A stretch of 64,000 nucleotides of DNA from a phage: sequence record NC_094493.1; one strand, written 5' to 3'. Both the position numbers and the translations under genes were made by a program. The notes beneath the pieces were generated by a model, which did not search any database, was not told the origin of the DNA, and saw only the letters and a program-made list of their open reading frames with translations. Shown here piece by piece: positions 35,924 through 45,444 of the stretch (position 1 is its first letter; each line of letters opens with the position of its first letter).

Positions 35924-37774
35924 GTGGCTAGAAAACTAAGATCAAGCACAGAGGAGTTCATTGCTAAGGCTAGGGAAGTTCATGGGGATAAGTATTCTTA
36001 CGAAAAAACTGTGTACACAGGTTGTACAAAACCTCTGATTGTAACGTGCAGCTTGCACGGTGACTTCAAAATAACTCCGCACAAACACATCTCTGGTAAG
36101 CAAGGTTGCCCGGAGTGTGGTAAGCTGGTTCGGGCAGCGAAAAAGAATAAGGGCGCTCTGTTTGTAGAAAGAGCTAAAGCTATCCACGGGGATAAATACG
36201 ACTACTCCCTTGTGAATTACAAAACTTGCAAAGATCCTGTGGAAATCATCTGTAATAAATGTGGTAAACATTTTCTGCAAACTCCTGACAACCACATTAA
36301 CACCAAAAAAGGTTGCCCCGTTTGTGGTAAGGAGAGGTCAAAAGAGAAATTGGTGGCTAGAGGAAAAGAACGTAGAGGAAAACCGAATCTTAGGCACAGA
36401 TCTTCAACAGAAGAGTTTTTAAAGAAAGTTTTCAATAAATTCCCTCAGAACAGGGATTTGTTTGATTACTCACACGTTAAGTATACAACTTGTGAGGAAA
36501 AAGTAGAGATTCATTGTAAGGTTTGTGGGTACGTTATGCATCAAAAACCTTCAGACCATCTACAAGGGAAAGGGTGTAAGCGCTGTGCTGGAATGGCTAC
36601 TTCTGCGAAAAAAGTGCCAAGTTTTCAAGAGGTGGCAGAAAGAGCCAAAGCTGTACATGGCGACAAATACGAATATTTTGAAGATTCTTATGTGAATGCC
36701 TCAACACCTATGAAAATACGTCACAAAGAGTGTGGTAACATCTTCATGCAGCGTCCGGAGTTCCATTATGGTAAAGGCCAGGGTTGTCCTCGTTGTTGCC
36801 ATAATCAGTCAACTGGCGAGAAAGATGTGCTGTCATTCATTAAAGGTATATATAGTGGTGTTGTTGAAGAGAATGCGTGGGTTTTGGAAAACTTCAAATA
36901 TCCGTCTAAGAAAAAGATGGAATTGGATATTTACCTCCCAGAGTTAAAGCTTGCTGTAGAATACAATGGTGTCTTCTGGCACTCAGTTGATCGTAAAGGG
37001 AAAGGATATCATATCCAGAAGAGAAAGGCTTGTGAGCAACAAGGAATTCGCATGCTATCTATTTGGGAATGTGACTGGCATGATTCTCGTAAAAGGCCTA
37101 TCATTGAGAGATATCTTAAAAACGCTCTTGGTGTTAAAGATGAGAAGACAGTGTATGCAAGGAAGTGCACGATAAAAGATGTGGACAATAAAACTTACCG
37201 AGATTTTATGGATAAGAACCACATTCAAGGGTATGCAACTGCTAAAGAAGTGAAGAAGGGACTTTTTACAGCCGACGGTGAACTGGTAGCCTGTATGAGT
37301 TTTAAAATACTGAAAAACAAGGATCAAAAGGTAACACCTTTCGTCATGTGGGACATGGTAAGATATGCCACAAGCTGTAACGTTCCTGGTGGACGTAGCA
37401 AGCTGTTTAAACATATCCAAAAGGAGTTTAAGATGGATCATGTTCAATCTTTTCTTGATAGAGACTACTTTACGGGCGTGTCCTATAAAGAGGAAGATGG
37501 ATGGGTTCTGGCAGAGGACGATCAGGTGTCTATCAGTTTCTGGAGTTACCGAGGGGGTAGGATGTCAAGGCAAGCGTGGTGGAAGTCTAACATTCCAGAA
37601 ACATTGAAACGTCTTGGGTTGGACGAATCCTTGTATGATCCGGAGAAAACACAAGAGTGGAATGCCAAAAATGCAGGATGTCACATTTTGGAGAACAGTG
37701 GTAACTCTCGCTTCGAGTGGCACAGCGAGGAAGGTAAAAATGACCCTGTGTATTTAAACTGGTTGAAAGGTTAA
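35924..37774 (+). CDS. Repeated zinc-ribbon protein with C-terminal Vsr-like nuclease domain; putative free-standing homing endonuclease
   Basis: Four to five ~50-aa repeats (HGDKY...C...HG...GCPxCG); C-terminal LAVEYNGVFWH resembles Vsr/DUF559-type nucleases; GTG start. Confidence 0.45.
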   Translation: MARKLRSSTEEFIAKAREVHGDKYSYEKTVYTGCTKPLIVTCSLHGDFKITPHKHISGKQGCPECGKLVRAAKKNKGALFVERAKAIHGDKYDYSLVNYKTCKDPVEIICNKCGKHFLQTPDNHINTKKGCPVCGKERSKEKLVARGKERRGKPNLRHRSSTEEFLKKVFNKFPQNRDLFDYSHVKYTTCEEKVEIHCKVCGYVMHQKPSDHLQGKGCKRCAGMATSAKKVPSFQEVAERAKAVHGDKYEYFEDSYVNASTPMKIRHKECGNIFMQRPEFHYGKGQGCPRCCHNQSTGEKDVLSFIKGIYSGVVEENAWVLENFKYPSKKKMELDIYLPELKLAVEYNGVFWHSVDRKGKGYHIQKRKACEQQGIRMLSIWECDWHDSRKRPIIERYLKNALGVKDEKTVYARKCTIKDVDNKTYRDFMDKNHIQGYATAKEVKKGLFTADGELVACMSFKILKNKDQKVTPFVMWDMVRYATSCNVPGGRSKLFKHIQKEFKMDHVQSFLDRDYFTGVSYKEEDGWVLAEDDQVSISFWSYRGGRMSRQAWWKSNIPETLKRLGLDESLYDPEKTQEWNAKNAGCHILENSGNSRFEWHSEEGKNDPVYLNWLKG

Positions 37775-37775
37775 A

Positions 37776-37804
37776 TTGACAATGCACCATAATCATGGTA
37801 AAAT
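37776..37804 (+). promoter_or_regulatory. Sigma70-type promoter (TTGACA, 17 bp, TAAAAT with upstream TG)
   Basis: Read directly from sequence. Confidence 0.5.
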
Positions 37805-37847
37805 ACACAAATATGGTGCACAACATGACTAATAAGGATGCTATAAA

Positions 37848-38321
37848 ATGGCTATAAACTTTAGACCTACAACAGAGATTGATTTAGCAGGGCACAACTT
37901 TGTGATCACCCACTGGGGACCGATGAAAGCAATGAAAAACATGCCTAAAATCGGTAAGATTGTGGCTGTCCCGCTAGGTGCTATCGGTGGATCTATTATC
38001 TCTGGTGGTCAGAATATGGCAGAGGTCCTTCCTACTGCTCTGGCTTACCTGTTCCAAGAACTTGATGATAATTCTATTGAAGAGTTATTTAAAATCTTGT
38101 TCGAAGATATTACCGTAGATGGTGTGGATAAGCTTAACCCGGATGTTGTGTTTGCAGGGCATCTGCTGGAGATGATTAAGCTGGCAGGTAAGGTTCTGGA
38201 GGTTAACTACGGCTGTTTTTTCACACAAGACGGTTTAGGAAGCCTTCTGGAGATGTTACAGCAGATGGGTATGATTCAGCAGGTGAACAACCTGGATCAG
38301 ACTCCGGAAGAGCAGGAATAA
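37848..38321 (+). CDS. Putative tail assembly chaperone
   Basis: 157-aa ORF directly upstream of the tape measure gene; contains a slippery heptamer. Confidence 0.45.
   Translation: MAINFRPTTEIDLAGHNFVITHWGPMKAMKNMPKIGKIVAVPLGAIGGSIISGGQNMAEVLPTALAYLFQELDDNSIEELFKILFEDITVDGVDKLNPDVVFAGHLLEMIKLAGKVLEVNYGCFFTQDGLGSLLEMLQQMGMIQQVNNLDQTPEEQE
38216..38222 (+). other. Candidate -1 programmed frameshift site (T TTT TTC)
   Basis: X XXY YYZ heptamer in the zero frame; the -1 frame is open from about 38207 to 38581. Confidence 0.45.
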
Positions 38322-38332
38322 GTAAGGTTGTT

Positions 38333-38581
38333 GTGAGGGCCAGTGAGTGGGCAGCCAAGAACAGTTCACTCAACTGGTTCGACTTTCTTTGGTGCAGGGT
38401 GCTCAAGAATTTCAAAGGGGAAAATTTTGAATCGCTAAATCTTGCAGATATGGCGTATTTCCTGAAGCTCTGTGAGTATCTTGATATCGAAGAATTCCTA
38501 GATACCGTCCAAAACAGGGAAATGGAGCGGGAGCAGAAGGCTGCCGCAGCTGCTGCGAAAGCTAAGCGCAGGAGAGGATAA
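38333..38581 (+). CDS. Downstream ORF of the chaperone, probably expressed as a frameshift extension
   Basis: Same frame as the -1 frame after the slippery site; GTG at 38333 is the track's nominal start. Confidence 0.4.
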   Translation: MRASEWAAKNSSLNWFDFLWCRVLKNFKGENFESLNLADMAYFLKLCEYLDIEEFLDTVQNREMEREQKAAAAAAKAKRRRG

Positions 38582-38585
38582 TCTA

Positions 38586-38623
38586 AGGGCCGGATTCCTT
38601 TTCTGGGATCTGGCCCTTTTTAT
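38586..38623 (+). terminator. Terminator-like hairpin with U-run
   Basis: GGGCCGGATTCC...GGGATCTGGCCC followed by TTTTTATT. Confidence 0.45.
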
Positions 38624-38635
38624 TATGAGGAAACC

Positions 38636-40972
38636 ATGGCTACAAACAAAATAGTTGCCACAACAGTCAACAAGATTGGCTTTGAGATAGAGAACTCCTC
38701 CTACAAAAAAGCTGTAGAGAAAATTCGCAGTATTGGGAGGGAGTTCAGGAAACTGGGCGAGGATTTTAACTCAGCCAACCCCATGAGTAGATGGCAGGCG
38801 GTAGCTGTTAAAACCCAGCAGACAATGCAGAGGGTTGCCAGACAGCAATCTCAGGCAAATGCTAAACTGCACAGAGAGAGCATAGCACAGGCCAAGAAAG
38901 AGGCTGCAGTAAGGGCTGCAATAGAACGTAGGGAGAATGCGAGACGTAAACAAGCTGTAGGTAATCTTACCGCTAAAAATCCAGAAATGGCTAGGATGCG
39001 TAAGTTCTACCAGCAGCAAGCTAAAGAGGCCAAAAAGGCTGCCAAATCTGCACCAGTGTCTTACGGTGGTTATAAGGCACCTAAGGCAAGAGTTTTGGCT
39101 AATGCCAAATCTTTCAAATATATCCCCGGTAACCCTAATATGGGTGGTGTGGCTTCCGACCCTAACCTTGTGAAAGCTCAGACAGCCGCTATGAATCGTT
39201 ATCATAGACAGCTAAGAAGAGACAGTAAAGCTGGTATGGATAATAAGCTTATGTCGGATCGTGAGGCAAGGAGAACCCACCTCTACAACTCCGCGATAAG
39301 ACTTTCTGCCAAGTATGGGGCCGGATTCCGTGGAAGCTTGCCAGGATACTCAGAGTTAGAGTCCAGGTTTGCTCGCGGGGAGATGAAGAAGTCAACCTTT
39401 AACGCCCACCTGTCAGCGCTGCAGTCTGGGTTTAAAAGCGCCACCAGCCAAACGCTTACACTAGGTGATGCCATGAGAGACCTACGTAGATCTGTTATTA
39501 ATGCAACAGCTGCGTATACGGCTTTTTCTGGATTTGCTGCGGTTAACAGATCCGGTCACATGATGGAGGGGGCAAGTGCTGCTCTTACTGCTGTTACTGG
39601 AGATCCAAACAAAGCCAACAGTGAGGTTGCGTTTGTCCAGCAAGAGGCTATGCGTCTTGGTTTTGATCTCAAATCTGGTCTTCAAGGTTACGCCCAGATG
39701 TCGGTAAACGCCAAAAACCAGATGACAAATCAGGAAGTGCATGAGCTGTTTTCTGCATACTCACAGTATGCTGCTGCTTATGGTGCCGATGAGGTAAAAT
39801 ACCAGCGCGGTATTATGGCTATCCAACAGATGCTAGGCAAGGGACAAGTAATGTCCGAAGAACTGAAGCAACAACTTGCTGAAGCATTGCCCGGTGCATA
39901 CGAACCTTTTATCAAGGCCACCAAAGAGGCTTTTGGTCTTTCTGAACTCTCCATGGATCAGTTCATGGACATGATGAAGAAAGGTGAGGTTAAAACAGCC
40001 AAGATCATGAAGTATGTGGCTAAGTACATGAACGAGGCATCTGCAGCTGGTTATGAAAGAATGCAGAAGTCTAACGTGCTGGCAGAAAACAGACTGAAAA
40101 CCTTTATCGAACTGACTCGTCAGAAACTGTTCACCCGTTGGTCTGACGAACTAACAGAGTTCTATTATACACTGATCCGCACTGGTGAGACTCTGCAATT
40201 TATGTGGGATGCCTCTGGTGATTTTGTTAGCGGGTTTGTGAGAGGCCTTAACTGGGTAGTTGGTGAACTGAACAACACTATAGTCAAGATCCGCATGTTT
40301 TTCCTTGAATGGGGGATTAAATGGGGGTTCATAACAGCTAAGACGAAGGAATATTCTGAAGAGCTTCATGACACCTTTAGCTATGCTAAATGGGCAGGGT
40401 TTGCTGCTGCCATCATGCTGGTCGTCAACGCCCTAACAAAAGGTTTTGTCATGGCATCTATGCTTGTAAAAACCTTTAAATTCCTTAGCTCTCTAAGGGG
40501 TGCAGCTGGAGTAGCAGGTGCCGCTACTACAGAAGGATCTGGTGGTGGCGCTCCGGCAGGAAAAGGGGGAGGTGGCCTCAAGACACCTGGTGGCAAAGTT
40601 GGTCTGCTCGGTAAGCTAGGTATTATCGGTACAATACTAAGCGCCGGGGAATTATTTAATGACCGTTACAACCCACTAAGTGAAAGAAATCAGCAGCTGG
40701 ATACTATCAGCGATATGATTCGCAAAGATATCATATCGGGAGGTAACGGGTTTGTTAATCCTTTGGACACCTTACCGGGCGGGACTCTTCCGTTGCCGGG
40801 TGGCCCTGGTTTTGCTTCTCAATTAAGAACTATGGAAATGCTACCTTTAGAGATCAGTGATGGGAAAATCACGATTTCAATAGATGAGGGTGAGTTTAAC
40901 AAAATATTTGATGCAAAACTTGAGTGGGAGAACAATAAAGATATCAACTTCATGTCTACCGACCTTTGGTAA
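38636..40972 (+). CDS. Tape measure protein
   Basis: 778 aa, long basic/alpha-helical N-terminal region, Gly-rich hydrophobic C-terminal segments; follows the chaperone pair. Confidence 0.6.
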   Translation: MATNKIVATTVNKIGFEIENSSYKKAVEKIRSIGREFRKLGEDFNSANPMSRWQAVAVKTQQTMQRVARQQSQANAKLHRESIAQAKKEAAVRAAIERRENARRKQAVGNLTAKNPEMARMRKFYQQQAKEAKKAAKSAPVSYGGYKAPKARVLANAKSFKYIPGNPNMGGVASDPNLVKAQTAAMNRYHRQLRRDSKAGMDNKLMSDREARRTHLYNSAIRLSAKYGAGFRGSLPGYSELESRFARGEMKKSTFNAHLSALQSGFKSATSQTLTLGDAMRDLRRSVINATAAYTAFSGFAAVNRSGHMMEGASAALTAVTGDPNKANSEVAFVQQEAMRLGFDLKSGLQGYAQMSVNAKNQMTNQEVHELFSAYSQYAAAYGADEVKYQRGIMAIQQMLGKGQVMSEELKQQLAEALPGAYEPFIKATKEAFGLSELSMDQFMDMMKKGEVKTAKIMKYVAKYMNEASAAGYERMQKSNVLAENRLKTFIELTRQKLFTRWSDELTEFYYTLIRTGETLQFMWDASGDFVSGFVRGLNWVVGELNNTIVKIRMFFLEWGIKWGFITAKTKEYSEELHDTFSYAKWAGFAAAIMLVVNALTKGFVMASMLVKTFKFLSSLRGAAGVAGAATTEGSGGGAPAGKGGGGLKTPGGKVGLLGKLGIIGTILSAGELFNDRYNPLSERNQQLDTISDMIRKDIISGGNGFVNPLDTLPGGTLPLPGGPGFASQLRTMEMLPLEISDGKITISIDEGEFNKIFDAKLEWENNKDINFMSTDLW

Positions 40973-40983
40973 TAAACTGTGCA

Positions 40984-41008
40984 GGGGGGCTCCGGCCCCC
41001 TTTATTTT
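40984..41008 (+). terminator. Rho-independent terminator
   Basis: GGGGGGCTCCGGCCCCC followed by TTTATTTT. Confidence 0.6.
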
Positions 41009-41015
41009 ATCGGTG

Positions 41016-41044
41016 TTGTAAAAACGGCTATTTTATGATACAAT
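41016..41044 (+). promoter_or_regulatory. Sigma70-type promoter (TTGTAA, 17 bp, TACAAT)
   Basis: Read directly from sequence. Confidence 0.4.
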
Positions 41045-41077
41045 ATCTAGATGGTATCGGAGTGTCCTGGAGAGGTT

Positions 41078-41962
41078 ATGCCAAGCAATATAGTTGATGA
41101 AAAAGACCTGTACAAGCCTCAAGAGGTTAAATCTCCAAAGGCTGAAAAGGCAGAACAGCAAACTGAAAGCGATGTAAAGTACACTATGTTTGTCAGCGGT
41201 CTTAACTATGGTGGTCGCAATACGGAGATGAAGGGTAAAAACTTTACTAACGATCTTGCCATCATCTTCGATCAGGTTGAGAATTACTCTTTCAAACATT
41301 CTGTTGATAAGACTGGGTTTGCGGTGGAAGATAAATCTACCCTGTCAGACCACGCTGTAATTAAAGATGGTGTATTTTCTTTTACTGGTAGGGTAAATAC
41401 ATCACCACATATAATCTATGAGCAAAACTACATTGACAGGAATACTGACTCTAAAAACCCTGCAGCGTCTATGCGACCAGGCGCTGCACTGGAGGCTTTG
41501 ACTGAGATCATTAATAAGCGCCAGTTGGTTTCTTTGGTTACCGAGGAGAGACTCCTTGAGAACTACATCATAACCAGCCTTTCTGCCAACAAGTCTGTTG
41601 GTGAAGGTGCTGCGATGGTGTTTGATGTAGAACTTACAGAGTTCCGCACATTCTACTTGAACAAGGTTGTTAATGCAACTGTATACAGCAACCCTAAGAA
41701 AGTAGGCAAGACCCAGCAAAAAGGTGCTGTCAACGACTGTAAGAATGGCAGTAACGTAGGTAACAAGAGGGACACAGGGGCATTTGCAGACACTGCATCC
41801 ACAAATGCCGCAGAAGAGTGGCAGCCCTACAAATCTATGATGTGGACGGATGAAAACGGTGTTACTCAATCTGCTGCGGATTGGTATTATCAGGAATATG
41901 GAAGACCTTCTACCATAGTCCCATCTGAGCAGGGAAACTACAACAAAGTTAACGGAAAATAA
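41078..41962 (+). CDS. Hypothetical baseplate/tail protein (295 aa)
   Basis: Start moved to ATG after GGAGAGG RBS. Confidence 0.3.
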   Translation: MPSNIVDEKDLYKPQEVKSPKAEKAEQQTESDVKYTMFVSGLNYGGRNTEMKGKNFTNDLAIIFDQVENYSFKHSVDKTGFAVEDKSTLSDHAVIKDGVFSFTGRVNTSPHIIYEQNYIDRNTDSKNPAASMRPGAALEALTEIINKRQLVSLVTEERLLENYIITSLSANKSVGEGAAMVFDVELTEFRTFYLNKVVNATVYSNPKKVGKTQQKGAVNDCKNGSNVGNKRDTGAFADTASTNAAEEWQPYKSMMWTDENGVTQSAADWYYQEYGRPSTIVPSEQGNYNKVNGK

Positions 41963-41974
41963 GGAGAGCGTGTA

Positions 41975-42355
41975 ATGGAACTTAAAGATTGGTGCATAAT
42001 CACCTTTGTGTGGGACATTGACGGCTTTCCTGATCAAACCATGCGTGTTGTTTTAGACAATGAGACGTATGAAATGCGTATGCAATGGAATGAGAGGGAT
42101 GAGTCCTGGTGGTTATCTCTTGGTCCGGTAGGTGACAGCCCTTTAGTAACCAGAAAAGTAACAGCTTGTCAAGATATTTTAGACGGACTGCATTACAGAG
42201 ACGATTTACCGAAAGGTAGATTGATGGCGCTGTCGTTTAAAGACGATCAATATTGGGGCAGGGTTGGAAGATATAACCTTGGGGCGAGATCTGAGCTACA
42301 ACTTGTATACGGCACCCCGGTTGATCTTTACAAGGAACAGCAAGGGTTAGAATAA
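41975..42355 (+). CDS. Hypothetical tail protein (126 aa)
   Basis: ORF with AAGGAGAG RBS. Confidence 0.3.
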   Translation: MELKDWCIITFVWDIDGFPDQTMRVVLDNETYEMRMQWNERDESWWLSLGPVGDSPLVTRKVTACQDILDGLHYRDDLPKGRLMALSFKDDQYWGRVGRYNLGARSELQLVYGTPVDLYKEQQGLE

Positions 42356-43359
42356 TGGCAGAGTACAGACGTAGAACATGGCGATTATTGTTTGGTCGTC
42401 CTGTAGAACATGGCGGTAAATCAAAAACCAATATCCCAAAATCTGTTGAAAAGAAAGGGGAGAGTGATTCCGGAGTTTATGAAGTTAGCTCGGACACTGG
42501 TGCTGCCAATATAGAGTTTGACATACAAAAGGACAATACCAAAGAGCCAAACAAAGGTTATGTGACAGTTTACAACCTGTCTGACGATACAGTTAACTAT
42601 CTGGATATGCATCAGGCTGATGCCCTTGCAGTTATGTTTGAAGCTGGCTATGATAATGAGAACCAGTTGATATTCTCCGGAACTGTGGAGTTTGTTGAAG
42701 ACAGATGGGAAGGTCCGACCAGAAAAACTAAGTTCATCTTTGGAGATGGCACTGAGAACATCATTAAGTGCCAAAGCACAAGATCTTATCAGAAAGGCAC
42801 ACCTCTGAACTCTGTGCTTAATGACCTGCTGAAGGATATGAACTTGCCAAAAGGTAGGGTTGTTGGTTTTGGAAACCAGACTTTGCAATACTCTATGGCT
42901 TTCTCTGGAAACACTGCAGAGAACCTCCGCAGGTTTGCAAGGCTGACCAACTCAACATTTAGCGTTCAGGATGGGGCTTTGTATTGGACCAAGGTTGGAA
43001 AAAGGTTCAAAGACTCTGTGTTTGAAATAAGTGCAGAGTCTGGGATGCACGGATCTCCTACCCCTAAAAACCCAGAACCTGCTAAAAAACGAAAAGCTAA
43101 AGCTGCTGCCAAAGGTGGTTCGACATCTAAAAAGAAAAAGAAAAACCCGAGAGAGGATGTTGGCCTTACTGTAACCACATGCCTTAACGGAGCTATCCTC
43201 CCAGAGTCCACTATTTATCTTAAAAGCAAGCAATATACAGGATTCTATAAGGTGATCACGGTGCATCATAAGGGCACCATAGAAGGAGGTGATTACACTA
43301 CAGAGCTTGGCCTTGGGGAAACAGTGGGTGGAGTTGTTGACAAAACTGAGGAGGTATAA
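42355..43359 (+). CDS. Hypothetical baseplate protein with Lys-rich patch
   Basis: 334 aa; KKRKAKAAAKGGSTSKKKKKNP segment. Confidence 0.3.
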   Translation: MAEYRRRTWRLLFGRPVEHGGKSKTNIPKSVEKKGESDSGVYEVSSDTGAANIEFDIQKDNTKEPNKGYVTVYNLSDDTVNYLDMHQADALAVMFEAGYDNENQLIFSGTVEFVEDRWEGPTRKTKFIFGDGTENIIKCQSTRSYQKGTPLNSVLNDLLKDMNLPKGRVVGFGNQTLQYSMAFSGNTAENLRRFARLTNSTFSVQDGALYWTKVGKRFKDSVFEISAESGMHGSPTPKNPEPAKKRKAKAAAKGGSTSKKKKKNPREDVGLTVTTCLNGAILPESTIYLKSKQYTGFYKVITVHHKGTIEGGDYTTELGLGETVGGVVDKTEEV

Positions 43360-44036
43360 TGGCAATAAATAGGAAAGATGCTGCTGTAAGATCCTTTATA
43401 GAAAAAATAATGAGGGACTACCACACCAGTATCAGGGCCAGAGTTGTCAGTGTTGACTACAGTATACCTTCTGCAGCCGTGCAGCCAATAGCTGAAACTA
43501 CGTTTGATGACGGAGATGTGGAGAGATACCCTCTTATCTATGACGTTCCAATTCAGGTGATGTCTGCAAACAGCGGAAAGGCAAGGTTAACACTTCCTAT
43601 TAAGGCCGGAGATGTTGTAGGATTACAGTTTTCAGAGAGAAATGAAAACAATAACGACGATCAACAAACTCACGGCCTGTTTCCCGGGTGGGCAATCACC
43701 TCTGTCCATTCAGACTCAAACGCTTTACAGATCGATCCTGATAACGTAGAGTTATGGAATGATAGGGTTTATTTTAAACTGACACCTTCTGGCGATTTTG
43801 AGCTTCAAACACCTGGTGGGACATTACGGTGCGACAGCAGCGGGGAGTTTTCTTTCACTAACGGGGCTGCCAATTTGCGAGCTGCTGTGGATGGAAATAT
43901 CAGAATGAATGGTGCCACAATAGACCCATCTGGTAGAATTATAACTGCTGCTGGTGTGGATTTGGATTCATTCTATGCAGAATATAAAGGTCATACCCAC
44001 TCTTGCCCTGATGGCGAGACAAGTGGACCGCACTAA
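43359..44036 (+). CDS. Putative baseplate spike (gpV-like)
   Basis: 225 aa; C-terminal HTHSCPDGETSGPH resembles the metal-binding spike tip. Confidence 0.45.
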   Translation: MAINRKDAAVRSFIEKIMRDYHTSIRARVVSVDYSIPSAAVQPIAETTFDDGDVERYPLIYDVPIQVMSANSGKARLTLPIKAGDVVGLQFSERNENNNDDQQTHGLFPGWAITSVHSDSNALQIDPDNVELWNDRVYFKLTPSGDFELQTPGGTLRCDSSGEFSFTNGAANLRAAVDGNIRMNGATIDPSGRIITAAGVDLDSFYAEYKGHTHSCPDGETSGPH

Positions 44037-44048
44037 TAGAGGGCTTTC

Positions 44049-44765
44049 ATGGCTACGCTTTATAGTGATATATTGATGGACCCACAGACAGGCGATTTGG
44101 CGATAGACAAAGGTCTTGAGTTGATAGATTCAAACCAAGTAAGTCTGCGCCAGCGCTTGTGGATGAGGTTTAATACGTGGAAGGGGAGCTGGTACTTTGA
44201 CGAGTTGTTTGGCTTCCCTTATATGGACTTTCTCAGTAAGAAGGTCATGAAGACTGTTCTTGATAACAAGATCATGGAAGTGGCAAGACAAGAGCCGGAT
44301 GTGCTAAACATCATAAACTTCCAGTCTACCATGGACCGAAGATCGAGAACATACCAAGCGTTCTTTGAGGTTGTTACCAAAGAGAACGAGATTGTAAGGC
44401 TGGCTTTCGTAGGTCTTGATCAGTTCACCTACCCACAACCTGATTCTGGGACAACCTCTCTCTGTGATGATGAGGGTTGGATTAAGTGGGCTAATAAACT
44501 GTACTACCTGATCAACTTCAGATTACCTAGAACCGGAGATGCCACATGGTGGAACCAGTATGCTGGTCCTGAGATGGAAAACCCGATCCCTGTAGGCTCT
44601 CTGTTGACTCAGGATAAAGATCTGCTGATGACTGAGGCAGAACAAACCATTAACCGCAATACCTGGACGCTTGCTCCAGATGAGCGCGAATACTCTGGTG
44701 TTATTGCTACCTCCAATGATGAGGCTATTGCCAACCAGTCTGGTCGTGCTATTGATGTTAACTAA
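44049..44765 (+). CDS. Putative baseplate wedge protein (gp25/gpW-like)
   Basis: N-terminal GDLAIDKGLELIDSNQVSLRQRLWMRFNTWKGSWYFDELFGFP fits the gp25/W pattern. Confidence 0.45.
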   Translation: MATLYSDILMDPQTGDLAIDKGLELIDSNQVSLRQRLWMRFNTWKGSWYFDELFGFPYMDFLSKKVMKTVLDNKIMEVARQEPDVLNIINFQSTMDRRSRTYQAFFEVVTKENEIVRLAFVGLDQFTYPQPDSGTTSLCDDEGWIKWANKLYYLINFRLPRTGDATWWNQYAGPEMENPIPVGSLLTQDKDLLMTEAEQTINRNTWTLAPDEREYSGVIATSNDEAIANQSGRAIDVN

Positions 44766-44774
44766 GGAGAAATC

Positions 44775-45443
44775 ATGGCTGTAGCTTATCCTACAATACC
44801 AATTCCAGATCTTGAAGATGCAGAAACAGTCCTGAGTGATGACTTCTTGGTTGTCAACCAGACTGATGGGACAAGAAAGGCTAAGATTGACGATGTTGTC
44901 AACGATCTTAGTATTACTAAGATAGTCTATTTCACAGAGGGTGGTTATCTTAAGAGCAAGAAGGACTTTGCTTATGACCCAGAGACTAAGCGCTACTACA
45001 CGTGGAACGGGGATTATCCTAAAATAATCCTCCCAGACTCCACTGTAGAGGGTGCTGGGGGCGTGTCTGCAAATGCCTGGTCTGTTTTTGGTGAGCTTGC
45101 TGCAACTTCTTCTGGCAGAATAGTTGATTACGGATCTATCGGTGGTCAGCTTGATATGGATCTTGAAGTTGCGGATACCTTTAAGGTTCGACTAACTTCA
45201 AATACCACAATCTCTTTTGAAAATCAAACAGAAGGTCTTGAAGGGGTGGCGAGAACTATAACCGTATGCATTACTCAGACCTCTGGCGGCAACAAAGTCT
45301 ATTGGCCTGGTAATGTTAAATGGTCCTACGGAAGAGATCCTATCCTAACATTTACAGCTGGTGCAACAGATATTTTCAAGTTGGAAACCTACGACAACGG
45401 GTTAACTTGGTACGGGGCACTGATTATCGCAGGAGCTATCTAA
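44775..45443 (+). CDS. Tail protein sharing an N-terminal domain with the long fibre
   Basis: DDFLVVNQTDGTRKAKIDDVV parallels EDDYLVVQQPDLTRRVKIGDVV in the 48078 gene. Confidence 0.4.
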   Translation: MAVAYPTIPIPDLEDAETVLSDDFLVVNQTDGTRKAKIDDVVNDLSITKIVYFTEGGYLKSKKDFAYDPETKRYYTWNGDYPKIILPDSTVEGAGGVSANAWSVFGELAATSSGRIVDYGSIGGQLDMDLEVADTFKVRLTSNTTISFENQTEGLEGVARTITVCITQTSGGNKVYWPGNVKWSYGRDPILTFTAGATDIFKLETYDNGLTWYGALIIAGAI

Positions 45444-45444
45444 G

